DNA of 64,000 nucleotides, taken from positions 186,001 through 250,000 of the forward strand of contig JAYWIR010000032.1 in NCBI GenBank assembly GCA_036172245.1, written 5' to 3'. Shown here piece after piece: positions 1-12,175 of the stretch. The notes beneath the pieces are model-generated. The model searched no databases. It was not told where the DNA came from and saw only the letters and a list, made by a program, of their open reading frames with translations. Numbering within the stretch: position 1 is the first letter of the stretch; every line of letters begins with the position of its first letter. Both the position numbers and the translations under genes were made by a program. This DNA comes from Raillietiella orientalis (taxonomy: Eukaryota).

Positions 1-3000
1 GCAGCGCCGACTCTTGCCACTTCAGGGGAAGAAGCCTGGATCCTATCAGTATTGGGGGCCACTTCAGGTCATCCGTCGGGATGCCGAGCAGCCCGCCCCA
101 TCTACGAAGTCCACGAGGGAAAGCACTCGGGGTCGTGGCATCCGCCAGTTCTCCCATGGTCCATCCGCTCATCTTCTTCTCCTTGCCTGCGATTCGGCAG
201 GAGACTTGCCACTTTGGCTTGCGGCCGCTTGTTAAAGCCCTCCAGAGGAAGGGCAGGGTCGAAGCTAGTGGGGTGGTCTATGCCCACGTGCTCCTGGCGG
301 TACACTCCAGAGTAGTCCGCAGTGTGCAGCGGGCGTTGGGGCCGAATCGCAGGCGGTTCAAGTCCGGGGAAGTCTGGAGGTTCAGCTTGGCCCACGTCGC
401 AACTGATTCTTCCAGCCAGGCGGAGGAGTCGGCGGGGCTGCATACCGTCCAGCCGTTGTCTCTGACCAGGGCTTCCATGCGTTCAACAAGAAGGCCGCAT
501 CTTCTCACCTTCCTGCCGGAGCACAGAAGGTACGACGCGAGTCCTTGCGTCCTGGACACACGGCTGGCGAGGATTCGGGCCGGAACGCACCAAGGGGTGC
601 TCCATGACTTTGCTGCGATGGCGAGGGTTCACCATCGCAGCTGTATTTCCAGGCGCTCCAGCGTCAGGAGGCCGAGACCGCCGTCCCGACGAGGAGCGCA
701 TAAATCATCCAGAGGCACACGTGGCCTCCCGCTGCCCCAGAGGGCTATGCGGAGTAGGTCTTTTGTCCTCTTTTCAATGTCACGGGGGACGAAGCACACA
801 AAAAGCAGGGAGCGGAGGATGGGAGCCGCGAAGGCGTTCCACACCGAGGCCCGTTCCGGCAGAAGGAACTTGCCTTCCAGGAACGGGCCGATTGCCAACT
901 CTACCTTCTGGAGACGACCTGACCAGGCTTCTGCGAGGCAGAAGTCCCCCAACGGGACACCCAGGTACTTCAGGTACCTGGCCGTGGGGATCCCCAAGCG
1001 GATCCAGTCAGGCCGTCCGACCCACGTCGCACCCACCGGTACGACCGACGACTTCGCCTTGTTTACCCGCAGTCCAGTCCCACGACTTAGCAGGTCGAAG
1101 AAATCCTCGACTGCGGCTGCCGGGGCGGACATGGGCAACATGAGCAGAAGGTCGTCGGCGTATGGTGCTACGGCGGGCGTGCCGAGGCACTAGCTGGGCA
1201 GGGCAGCCAAAGTCACCCTGTACGCTCTCAGCACCAACTCAAAGTAGGTGCTAAAGAGCAGGGGACTGAGGCTATCGCCCTGCCGTATGCCCCGCCGCAC
1301 CGACACGCCGTACACCTGTTGGCTGGAAAAGCAGATGTTAATTATGGCGTTGCGCCAGCAGGAGCGCAGGAAGGAGAGAAGGGAGGGTGGGAAGCCCATG
1401 CGACCCAGGAGCTCCAACAGTAGCTCCTGGTCAACGCAGTCGAACGCCTTATGGAGATCGACCGCGATCGCTAGGGCCCCCTTCCCAGCCCGGGTGTCCA
1501 TTCCCAGCCCAGCTGGCGGCCCCAAAGTGGGGTTGCCAATCTTTCCGCCAGTTTCATTCAGGCAGCGTTGCACATGGAACCATGTGCTCGCGAAGAACAA
1601 GTTGGCATCCATACTTCGCTTGGGAACAGCGTATGTCTGCTCCGGGCTAATTATGGAGTCTGCCACCTGTCCTAGACGCGAAGCTCACAGTATAGCGATG
1701 AGCTTGGCGTCCGTATTCACAATTGTGATCGGACGCCAGTTGCCTAGGGATCTCAGGTCTCCTCCCTTCGGGAGGAGCCACACACGGGCTGACCGAAACG
1801 AGGCGGGAACGTCGCCTTCGTCTCGGATCAGCCCGGTCAACTGAAGCACCAGGGGTGCCAGCTCTGCCGCGAAACATTGAAAGAATTCCGCAGGCAGGCC
1901 ATCCTCCCCTGGCGCCTTTCGCCTCTTGAGCCTTTTAATACCGGCGAGAATTTCACCGGTAGAAAAAGGCTCGTCGAGGCTGATCTTCTCCTCCTCCCCT
2001 ATTGCCGGGGCTCCATCCGGGAGCAGGAGCCGCGAGGCGTTCCGCTCTGGGGGTGCCCTAGCGTAGAGGGAGGAGTAATAACGTCGCACTGGGTGCCTGA
2101 TCGCAAGTGGGGCGGATCGCTCTTGGCCCTGGTCGTCCAGCAAGCTGGCCGACCCGGATTGCCAGGCTTGGCGTTCGGCCCCGGCTCGATATTCCGCGAG
2201 GCGACGGACATTCGGGGTCCTCTCGTACCGGCGGGCCTGTAGATAAGCCCGATGGTTCCGAGCCCCCTCCCCGAATCCGGGGGGCAGGCGGTGCAGGGGA
2301 AACTCCTCGCAGAACTCGCGGACCGAGGCCTTGAATAGTTCCCAGTCTTGGAGACTGCGGAGGGTGACGCCTCTCAGGAATTCGCGAAGGTGTTCTTTCG
2401 CACCTGAGAGCCGCGTCCAGTCCCCAGGCAGCCGCCACGCCCTAAACGGGGGTCCTTTGTCGCGCGGGCAAACCTCGGCGATGATCCTGGAATGGTCCGA
2501 CAGCGTCGACGCAACTTTTCCCCGTTTGCCGACCCGCGAGCACAGGTCGACATCCAGGAAGAAGTGGTCGATGCTGCGGTCCATTCCCTCCGCGTCCGTC
2601 AACAAGTTGCGCGTGCGCATGGCAGCGCACAACTCGTTGGCCGTGCGTTCTTGTGCTTCGGGCTCACCTGACAGCAGACGGAGATTAAAGTCCCCAGCTA
2701 TCAGGTGTGCCTTCCGCACGTTCGTATCGGCCAGCCAGTCGCGCTTCAGGGTTTCCAGCAATCTGCTACGGTCGCTGTATCCCCCTTACCCGCTTGGGGC
2801 GTACACGTTCGTGACGATCAATTCGATCGAGTCTGACCAGCTGAGAATCAGCTGACCGACCCGACCGTCGTCATCGAAGCGTACGCCCTTCACGGCAGCG
2901 TCAATGGCCGGCTTCACGAAAAACGCGACCCCACAGGTGTTGCGGGCGCCGCATCGCCAATACAACCGACCCCCCGCGATCGTCTCGATCTCCTGGGCGT

Positions 3001-3151
3001 CTGCCGCGGTGATCACGTGGATCTCCTGCAGCAGGGCCAGGTCGAACTCACGCAGGGTGTCGGCCGTATCTCGTCTGTTGCCGTCGTCGCGCAGCCCGTT
3101 GACGTTCCAACTGGCCACGCGGATTCGACGGCGACAGGCGAGCCCAGGTGT
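1..3151 (-). pseudogene. Element A ORF2 (APE endonuclease + reverse transcriptase) with in-frame stops
   Basis: WNVNG, LQE, NVYAP, GDFN, IDH, SDH; KAPGEDG, WRPIT, DLHKAFD, RQGDSLSPLLF, YADD, YLG. The ORF pieces starting at 3118, 2761, 1666, 1141 and 559 are all in one frame. Confidence 0.92.
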
Positions 3152-4901
3152 TATTCCTGGGAAATCGGCTCTGCGGCGTCCGCCACCTGTTGGGGCGGGA
3201 CGCTAGGTGGAGCAGGAGGGACAGGTGCCTCGAGCACCTGGTCCCCCTGCTCCATCGGTGACGGCGCGTCGAGCGGGTCACCCTCAGGTGGGGTCGCGCC
3301 TACCTGCTGGCCCTCCTCCATAGGGGTGGGCTCCTCAGGGTCCGCGACGGCAGGGGGGATTTCGCCCCCCTGCTCACCCTCCTCCATGGGGGTGTCCTGC
3401 TCGACGGCTTCCGCGCGTGGGAGCTCCCCCTCCGGGATTCCCACGCTGCCGGCGACTTCCTGCTTCTCCTCCTCGCTCGTGGAGGGGAGGCGCTTCCTCG
3501 GCTTTTGGGACTTGCGCCCCGTCTTCCGGGGGGGTGCCTCCGACGAGGAGGATGCACTTTCGGCCCCCAGGTCGCACTCACCTGCGGGGGCCTTCTTCGG
3601 CGGAGCCGGCCTTCGCACGGCCTTGCGTGAGGGGTTCTCACGCTCAGCCAGCGTGGCCGCGAGCTCCTCCGCCGCCTTCGCGAAGGCGGCGTCCTCGCCG
3701 GCGGCGAGCGCGTCGCGCGTCTCACCCTCTGTGCAAACAGAGGGTTCGCCGTCGCAAACCTCGGGCGCGGCGGAAACGGCGAGGGGAGGCTCGTCTCCCC
3801 GGGTGGCAGCCTCGGGAACGCTGATGCGCTCCAGTGCTACCGAGCACTCGCGGAGAGTTTTAGATCGCGGACCAGGTTTTTTCGCCTTCGCGACCAACTT
3901 TTCTCCGCCTTCTCTTTTGAACCCTTTTTGGGTTCTTTTCTGGCCTTTACCAGCGTCCATCCTTCTTCCTCGCCCGCGTCTTTCGCGGTTTTTTCCGCCG
4001 CCGCCTGGGTTGGAGGAGGAGGAGAAGGCTGCTGGGGCCGGCCATTCTCGCGATGAGGTCTTTCGACCTTATTCATCTTTTTCACCTGTGCCTTTTTGGC
4101 AGCAGGTGGCACCGGGGTGGGGCGTTTAGGGCACACACGACGGACGTGTCCCTTTTCCCCGCACAAGTGGCACTCGATATTCGGGCACCGCCTGCGCACA
4201 TGCCCTACTGCATCGCAGTAGCCACAATAGCGGGGTTTTCCCACGTACCAGAGGTCGACGGGCTGCTTCCCGACCTCCAGTTTGTGGGGTAACCCTGCAC
4301 CCTCGTTCACGGTGACACGCGCTGCTGCCTGGCCACCAAAGAGGCTGTTATAGCCGTCAAAAATGGTTGGCTTTGGCCACAGCGCGTGCACATCTCCGTA
4401 TTTCCTCAATTCCGCGTTCACCGCAGAGCGCGTCATGCGGTTCGTGATCCCCGTTGGATGGACCACTACGGAGCGGTCCACGCTAACGGGTAGGATCTTT
4501 CGGACAGTCACATTCAGCGGGATGTTGATGAGGCGCTGCGCTAGGGCTACGTCTTTGCAGACGACCTCCACGCGTTGCCCCCCGCTGAGTACGGCGAGGC
4601 CGTCAAGATCCTCCTCACGCACGGGGAATTCCTGTAGTGCCTTGCTAAAGGCACGCGCGGTGCGACCGTCGAACAGGTTTCTTACCTTATAAACCAGGGA
4701 TGGTTTATATCCGGAGGCCCTGTAGGCCGCTTGCTCAGCCAAGGTTTCAGCGCTCGGCGCGGCGACCATGGCGCTCCAGCTCCTCGTCTTGGGCGACGAG
4801 GGCGATTCCGGGGCGGATGCCCCTGATTCTGTAGGTCGTGGGGGGGGGCTAGTCTCCCTCACGCCTACCTCCATCGTGGTGTCCTCTGGCAGCGATGCCA
4901 T
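3151..4901 (-). pseudogene. Element A ORF1, gag-like nucleic-acid-binding protein, frameshifted near 3900
   Basis: Starts MASLPEDTT. Knuckles CGYCDAVGHVRRRC and CHLCGEKGHVRRVC. The acidic/Pro-rich C-terminus continues in ORF 3151..3960. Confidence 0.88.
3230..3395 (-). repeat. Three imperfect ~66-bp coding repeats (PMEEG.Q) in A ORF1
   Basis: Translation PMEEGEQGGEIPP...PMEEGQQVGATPP...PMEQGDQV. Confidence 0.7.
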
Positions 4902-4975
4902 CGGACACCAACGATGTGAAAAAGCACACACTGAACCAAAAAAACCGCTTTCCGCAGCTCGTTCGCGGAGCGCCG

Positions 4976-4997
4976 GAAAAACACGTCCGCTCTCGAG
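4976..4997 (-). promoter_or_regulatory. Conserved family-1 5'-terminal motif (putative internal promoter), example copy
   Basis: CT-N7-GGACGTG-TTTT-like sequence at the 5' ends of A, C, F, J, M, R, U, W and X. The function is inferred. Confidence 0.55.
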
Positions 4998-7918
4998 GAG
5001 AGGGATTTGGGGAGGGGCCGCGTAACGAAACAGGGTATCTTCAGGCCCGAAGTTACGCCAGAACCATCGACATGCGCAGGTTAGCAGAGTATCGAGCAGG
5101 AGCCGAGAGGCAAGCCTGGCAATCCGGGTCGGCCAGCTTGCTGGACGACCAGGGCCGGGAGCACTCGGTTCCCGCTCAGAAACGCGGGATAGTGAGGAAA
5201 TTTTACTCCTCCCTGTACGCCAGGGCGCCTCCGGAGCGAGACGTCTCACGACTTCTGCTCCCGGAAGGTGCTCCACCGATCGGGGAGGAGGAGAAAAGAA
5301 GCCTCGACGAGCCTTTCACGATTGACGAGATCCTCTCGGCCATCGGAAAGCTCAAGAGACGGAAGGCTTCAGGGGAGGACGGCCTGCCCGCGGAGTTTTA
5401 CCAAACTTTCGCGGCTGAGCTTACCCCCCTGGTACAGCAACTCACCTTGCTGATTCGCCAGACAGGTGACGTTCCCACCTCGTTTCGTTCAGCAAAGTTG
5501 CGGCTCCTCCCGCAGGGAGAAGACCTAAGGAGCATGAACAACTGGCGTCCCATCACAATAGTGAATGCGGACGCCAAGTTGATCGCCAAGATGTGGGCAG
5601 AGCGTCTGGGACGGGTTGCCAACATCTTCATCAGCCCGGAACAGACTTATGCTGTTCCCGGGCCGAGCATGGAGGCGAACCTGTTCCACGCTTCCACATG
5701 GTTAGGGCTCCAACGAGGAAGGGGCTTATTGAGCAGCCGGAATTCCGGTGCGTCCGTTGGCGGGAGACGGAACGGTCGGGTGGGGAAGGGAGCCCTTGCG
5801 GTCGCTGTCGACTTGCGTAAAGCATTCGACAGAGTCGACCAGAATCTCCTGCTGGAGCTTCTGGAAGGCTTGGGCTTCCCGGCCTCTTTGTTGGCCTACC
5901 TGCGCTCTAGCTGGCGCGACGCGCTCATTAATGTTCTTTTCAGCGGGCAAACCGTGCACGGAGTACCGGTGCGACGCGGCATACGGCAGGGAGACAGCCT
6001 GAGCCCCCTGCTCTTTAGCGCCTTTTTCGAATTGGTGCTGAGAGCGTACAGGGAAACTCTGGCGCACCTGCTGCGCGAATGTCCCGGTACGCCTGCGGTT
6101 TCGGCATACGCGGACGATCTTCTGCAACTGCTCCCTATGTCCACTTCGGCTTCGGAGGTCGAGGAGTTCTTCGACCTGCTGCATCGGGGAACCGGACTTA
6201 TGGTGAACAGGGCGAAGTCGTCCGTAATGCCAGTCGGAGCGGCGTGAGCAGGGCAGCAGGACTGGGTCCGTTTGGGGATCCCCACGGTGAGGTACTTCAA
6301 GTACCTTGGTGTGCCGTTAGGGGACTACTACCCTGCGGAAGCGTGGTCCAGCTGCCTCTAGAAAGAAGAGACGGCGATCGGCCCGTTCCAGGACGGCAGG
6401 TTCTACCTGCAGGAACGGGCCGCGGCGTGGAACGCTTTTGCGGCACCCCTCCTTCGCCCTTTGCTTTTTGTTTGCCCTCCTCAGCGGAGTCAAAGAAGAG
6501 GACGAAGGACCTCCTGAGGATCGCCCTTTGGGGCAGAGTGAGGCCCCGAGTCCGTCTTTCGGACTTGTGCGCTCCTGGTCGGGATGGTGGTCTGGGCCTC
6601 CTGACGTTGGAGCGGCTGGAGCTACAGCTCCAGTTCCGAGTTGTCGCCTTTATGGCAGAAAATTGGTGCACCCCATGGTGCCTCCCTGCACGTCTCCTCG
6701 TCGAGCGGGCCACCGGCAATGCGGGACTCTCGTCCTACTTTGCACTCCGAAGCCTTATCTGCCACTGCGGACTTTAACTTCGGAGGGCGGCCAAGCTCGT
6801 GAAGAACAACTCGGCGCGGATCCTCGTACGCCCCGCGAACTGTCCTGCCTGGCTGCAGGAAACCGTGCGCACGTGGGCGATGATTCAGGAGCAGAGCCCG
6901 CAACACGAGCGAAAAGCTCTGTTCGGGCCGCATGCCCACCGCACGCTCCGAGAAATCATCGAGGATCCCCGAAGGAGAGCGTGGGCACAAAGAACCTCCC
7001 TTGCTGCGGTACTGCCTACCCTACGGGAACATCTGGGCAGCGACGTCGCGGCACAATGGGAGGTTACTGTCAAGATCGCCAGCAGGGCAAAGAAGATCGG
7101 GGATTGGAGAACGGGTCAGCTCACCAACGCTGCGACCCCGAGGACCACCCCAAATGGACTGTTGCGCTGGGGAGAGCTACTGGATGTTCCAGAGGAACAT
7201 CTCGAGTGGCCCCCGGTGCTCATGGACTCGCGCACCCTCCCCATGAAGTGGCAACAGTCGGCACTGATGGTGTTGCATTGGGGGCTTCCTTGCAACGCCC
7301 GCCGACACCACTGGACGCGGGGGGGTGTCAACCCTAATTGTGTCAGGTGCGGGGAGAGGGAATACCTCCCCCACCTGTTAGTGGATTGTGTTGCCCTCCG
7401 TCCCTTGTGGGAACGCTTTGCCGCAGCCCTGGGGATCCCCGCAGGCAACCCCAGAGACGCTTTGCTCCCCCTCTTCGTCCGTGACGCCCTGCCTCCAGCG
7501 GCCTTGCTTGCAGCCCTGTGCTGCCTACGCGGGATCGTCGTGGCATGGAGCAAAGCGACGGGAGGATCCAGCGACAGGGATGCCAACGTGTATGCCGCCC
7601 GTTTCCTCAGGATGGCGACGCGATGGCCCCATCTGGAACCACACACGCAGAAGCAGCTTGCCGGCATCCTCCACAGGATGACGGACCCTCCCAGCAGACT
7701 GTGATCCCTTCGCGCTCCCTCCCTGATTTTTGTTTATTTTTTTGTTTTCTTTTTGTTTCGTTCCCCCTCCCCTCTGCTGCCGAAGTCGACCGCGCCGGTC
7801 TGCGCACCGGTATCCCGGCAAGCTATATCTTTCCAGGGTGTGGCTGGACTACTGGTCCATTCACAGATTATATAGGTTTATTCGTGAGAATAAACGTCCC
7901 GGCGCACCCGGGTTTCAA
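4998..7918 (+). mobile_element. Element B: 3' part of family-1 LINE (RT, C-terminal Zn finger, 3' UTR, intact 3' end)
   Basis: DLRKAFD, QGDSLSP, YADD (ORF 4895..6247); CVRCGEREYLPHLLVDC (ORF 6799..7704); AATAAA 7889-7894 followed by a hairpin. Confidence 0.92.
7889..7918 (+). terminator. Family-1 3'-terminal signal (example): AATAAA + CCCGG-CGCAC-CCGGG hairpin + short A run
   Basis: The same arrangement, variably degenerate, ends copies at about 11113, 11922(-), 17513(-), 22952, 27082, 32729, 42081(-), 43110(-), 47161(-) and 55758. Confidence 0.8.
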
Positions 7919-10531
7919 TCGAGGTTGCGGAGGATGACGCCTCTCGGGAACTGTCGGAGATGTTCCGCCGCACCGGAGACGCGCGTCGAGTCCCCTTGGC
8001 ATACGCCACGCCCTGGATGGTGGTCCTTTCTCGCGTGGCATAATTTCGATTATCAACCGGAAGTTGTCCGATAGCGTCGACGGAATTTTCCCTCGTCTGC
8101 CGACCCGTGGGCACAGGTCGGCGTCAAGCAAGACGTGGTCTACGGTTTGGGCCATTTCCGGTAGGTCCCCTAGCAAGTTGCGCGTACGCATAGCGGCGCA
8201 CAACTCGTTGGTTGCGTCTTTTTGCCTGCAAGGCACACCTGATAGCAGGCGGATGTTGAAATTACCACCGATCAGATGTGCCTTGCGTACGTTTGTATCT
8301 GCCAGCCAGTCGCGCTACAGGGTTTCGAGGAACCGGGAACGTTCACCGTACCCGCGTCCTCTGCTCGGAGCGTACACATTAGTCACGACAAGATCGATCG
8401 AGTCGGACAACCTAATTATAAGCTGGCCAACCCGACTGTCCTTGTCGAATCGTACGTCCTTGACGAAGGAAGCGACTGCTGGCTTCATAAAATACGCGAC
8501 GCCACAGGTGTTGCGAGCGCCGCATTGCCAAAACAGACGACCCCCTGCGATCATTTCGATATCCTGGGCGATCTCCGCGGTGATCACGTGGATCTCCTGC
8601 AGGAGTGACAGGTCGAAGTCACGCAGGGTGTCGGCCGTGTCCCGCCTGTTGCCGTCATCGCGCAGCCCGTTGACGTTCCAGCAGGCTACGCGTATCCTAC
8701 GGCGACAGGCGAACCCAGGTGCTAACCCTGGGAAACTGTCAATGGGCCTCCCACCACCTGGTCGAGCTGGACGCTAGGCGGAGGGGTTGCGTCGCGCACC
8801 GCTTCTTCCTCCTCCATGAAAGCCAAATTTTCAGCAGTGCCGTGCAGAGAAAGGGGGGGTTCATTCACCTGCACTTCTTCCTACATGGGAGTCGCCAGCG
8901 GCACGGTGTCGGGGAATGAGATATTCCACCGTCGCCTCCCACGCTGCCGGCTTCCCCCTCGGGGGCCGATTCATCCGCCTCCTTATTGATCCGGATGCGC
9001 CTCCTTTGATTCTGAGACTTCCGTCCCGTCTTCTTTGGTGGCTCCCCCGCTGAAGAGGACGCACTTCCGACGTCCGGATCGGCCTCACCTGCCTCCGGAG
9101 CCTTCCTCGCGGCCGGCCTTTGCAAGGCTTTTCGCGAGTTCTTTTCACGGCCTTGCAATTCAGCCGTGAGTTGTACCACCGGCTCCTGGAAGGCGGCCTC
9201 CTCGATCGCGTCGAGCGCGGCGCGCGGTTCCCCCTCTGTTTCGCCAGAGGGATCACCATCGACCATCGCAACTTCGGCGGACGCGAGGGGGGGGATTGCT
9301 CCCCCGGTGGCGGCATCAAGTGCCTTCACACGTTCTAATTTTACCGAACATGCGCGGAGCTTTTGGCGGCACGGGTTTTCGCGCTGCGTTTTTGTTTTCA
9401 CCGCGTTTCGTTCGGGACTCCCGGGTTTTCTTCGTGGCTGTACCGTCTGTCAGCCTTCGCCGTCACCAGCGTCGTCGGGAGTGTTCTCAACCGACGTTTG
9501 CTGTGAGGGCTTAGGGACTGGCATCTGGGTGTTTGCAGCCTGTATCTGTTTATGCGTCTCCCCCGTGCGTTTCCCCTTTTCCTTTTTTGCAGCGGATGGG
9601 GGCGGGATTTCTCTTCTTGGGCACACCTTACGGATGTGGCCCTTATTTCCACATAAGTGGCACTGGATGTTAGGGCACCGCTTTTTTAGATGCCCTGTAG
9701 CATCGCAATGGCCACAATACTTGGGCTTACCCACGTACCAAACATCGTCTTTTTCTTCGCCGATATTCAGTTTGTGGGGAAGCCCAGCATTCTCTGGTAG
9801 GGTGACGCGGGCTGCGGCCATCCCTCTGAATAGCCTTTCGTACGTTCGGAAGACATTGGGTTGGGCGCAATACGCGTGCACACTACTATGCTTCGACAAC
9901 TCCTCATGGACTCTGGTTTTGTCCATTCGGAGTGATACGCCTGTGAGGTGGACCACGATGGAGCGGTCCTCCGTCACAGGGAAGATCCTGCGGTCGTCCA
10001 CCGTAATAGGGATGTTCAGCAGTCGCTGCGCCAGACTTGCCTCTTTGCATGTCAGCTCAACTCGCTGGCCCCCACTAAGGACGGATAGGCTTAGAAGGTC
10101 TTCCTCCCTCACGTTCAAACTTTGCAGCTCCATTCCGAAGGAGCGTGCAATTTTTTCATCAAACACACTGCCCACCTCATAGATCAGAGACGGCTTGTAG
10201 CCGCTGTTCTTGTAGGCAGTCTGCTCCGCTACTGCATCCGGGGATGGTGCAGCAACGACGTCACTCCAACTCCTCGCCAATGGCGAAGAGGGTCGCGAAG
10301 GGGCGGTTGCCCTCGATTCCGATGGGGCAGGTGCCTCGGATTCCTAGGGGGCGGATGCCCCCACTTTTATTGGTGGAGAAGATCATGTCGCTTCTCCTAC
10401 TTCAAATTCCATGGCGGTGTCCTCAGGCATTTCTGCCATGGGACACCGGTGCTCCCACACACCAGACAACCAACGAAAAGCTTCCCACTAACCAGTCCCT
10501 GGAGCGATGCCAAACCACGGCCGCTCCCTAG
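7919..10531 (-). mobile_element. Element C: 5' part of family-1 LINE (5' UTR, disrupted ORF1 10439-8722, EN)
   Basis: 5' end CTAGGGAGCGGCCGTGG; knuckles CGHCDATGHLKKRC and CHLCGNKGHIRKVC; EN WNVNG...NVYAP; broken at 7919 by the 3' end of B. Confidence 0.9.
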
Positions 10532-11142
10532 AACGACACGGGGAAGTGTGAACCTAAACTGTGCCAGGTGCGGGGAGTAGGAAACCCTCCCGCACCTTTC
10601 AATTGAGTGTGCTGCTTTCCGGCCCCCGTGGGAACGTTTCGGTTCCACCTTAGGGATCCTGGAAGGTAGTCTTCCCAGAGAGGTTTTTCGGCTCCTCATA
10701 GTGCGGGACACCCTGCAGCCAGCAGCTGTAATAGCAGCTCTCTGCTGCGTACGCGGTATTGTGGCAGCTTGGAGTGTATCCGACTAAGCAGAGGATGTTA
10801 ACAGAAGGAATGCCATGGAGTATGCAGCTCGTTTTATTCGAATAGCATCCCGATGGCCCCACCTGGGAAATCTGCGGAAGGACCTCGTCGGCATCCTGCA
10901 AAGGAAGAAAGCTTTACAAAACGGACAGTCATCCCTTCCCGTCCCTCCCAATGACCGGTGTTTCTACTTTTTATTTCTTTTTATTTTTGTTTTTCCCCTA
11001 AACTTATCCTTTGATGTGGAGTGTTACGTTGGTCTGTGCACTGACAACCAGAAAGCTCCATAGAACTATTGGCCGCAGCGGGGCCTTGTACCGCAAATAC
11101 TGTTAGTTTTTAAATAAATGTTCCGGCTTGAGTGGGTGAAAA
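10532..11142 (+). mobile_element. Element D: 3' terminal fragment of family-1 LINE
   Basis: TTRGSVNLNCARCGE*ETLPHLSIEC, then RWPHLG, a T-rich UTR and AATAAA 11113-11118 ending GGGTGAAAA. Confidence 0.85.
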
Positions 11143-11921
11143 CTTCAAAGTGCACGTCGCGCAGCGCATCAACGACGGCTGGCTTGAGCATGAAAGCCAC
11201 ACCGCGGGTACGGTCTCTCCCGTTTTAATACATGAGCCGCCAGCCTGCGATCCGTTCGATTTCCTGGGCCTCCTCTGCGTGGAGCACGTGCGTCTCCTGC
11301 AAAAGCGCCAGGTCGAAGTTCCGCAGGCTGGCGGCCACTTCTCTCCTCTTGCTGTCGTCGCGCAACCCGTTGACGTTCCAACACATTACGCGCAGTCGCC
11401 GGCAGGAGGAGAGTTCACGCGTTGGTGTGTTTATGTTGTTTGCTTATCGTCCTCCACCTGCTGTTCAGCAGGCGGGAGTTGTGTGTCCATTGCGACGGGT
11501 TCTGCCGCGCGAGGAGGTGGTCCGTCGGTGGTTGTGGTGGTGTTGGAGGATCCTACTTGGCCTGGGCCGCCTCCGGCGAGGAGTCGCTTGACCTCGCGGA
11601 CATCGCCTCACTGTCGTCGTGATCTGACCTCATTTCCTCCTCCGCCGGTGGAGGTGCGGACCGCCGCGGTTTGCCTACCTCGCGGCCTACTTTGCGCTTT
11701 GCGAGAGCCACAGCCGGAGCGCTGCCGGCTTCGGCTTCGGACTCGGAAGTTTCCGATCTTTTTGCCTCAGCCGGACGCCTCAAGGCCTTCTTTTCGGCCT
11801 AGAGAGGTTCCTGGAGCATAACTGCCAACTGTTCCGCCGCCTTACTGAAATCCTAGTCGTCGTTGCTCACGCTGGGCTCGCGACTTTGTCGCGGCGTCGG
11901 CATTCGCGCGGAGGCGGGTTG
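11143..11921 (-). mobile_element. Element E, downstream piece (ORF1 C-terminus + EN N-terminus)
   Basis: KKALRRPAEAK...; CWNVNGLRDDSKRR...LQETH. Continuous with 19143-20275 once F and G are removed. Confidence 0.85.
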
Positions 11922-12175
11922 TTCACACCCGGATGTGCCGGGAAATTTATTTCATAGAAATAAAATTACAGAAAACTGTCGCGTGGCGAACCCGAAGGTT
12001 CACCACTCCAAAACAGCTTGCTGGTTACCGGCTCCGTGCCGGAGAGGTCCTTCCGATGCGCGGGGATGGGAAATAAAGAAAAACAAAAAGAAAAAAAAGT
12101 TCAAATGTGGGGGGCAACAAATGTTGTAGGGGTGGGAGGGCGGGGAAGGGATCACGGTGCGCGTGGAGAGGTCCT

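Larger units (their letters stand above)
1..4997 (-). mobile_element. Element A: near full-length family-1 L1/Tx1-like LINE (3' end runs off the window)
   Basis: Minus-strand 5' end CTCGAGAGCGGACGTGTTTT at 4997, then ORF1 with two CCHC knuckles and ORF2 with EN and RT motifs. Confidence 0.93.

Noticed and set aside
81..4129. Long antisense ORFs such as 81..1193, 3017..4129, 9166..10182 and 15752..16540
   Set aside because: They are shadow frames of GC-rich LINE coding sequence with no independent motifs.
4990..5005. Twin-priming inversions as the cause of the strand switches
   Set aside because: Twin priming inverts part of one element. Here the two sides belong to different copies, can overlap in element coordinates (A and B both contain RT), and one side has an intact terminus.
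4895..6247. 450-aa ORF fusing A's antisense 5' region to B's RT (similar cases at 44770..45261 and 42027..42500)
   Set aside because: It crosses an insertion junction and stops soon after YADD. In-frame joins are expected by chance and there is no expression evidence.
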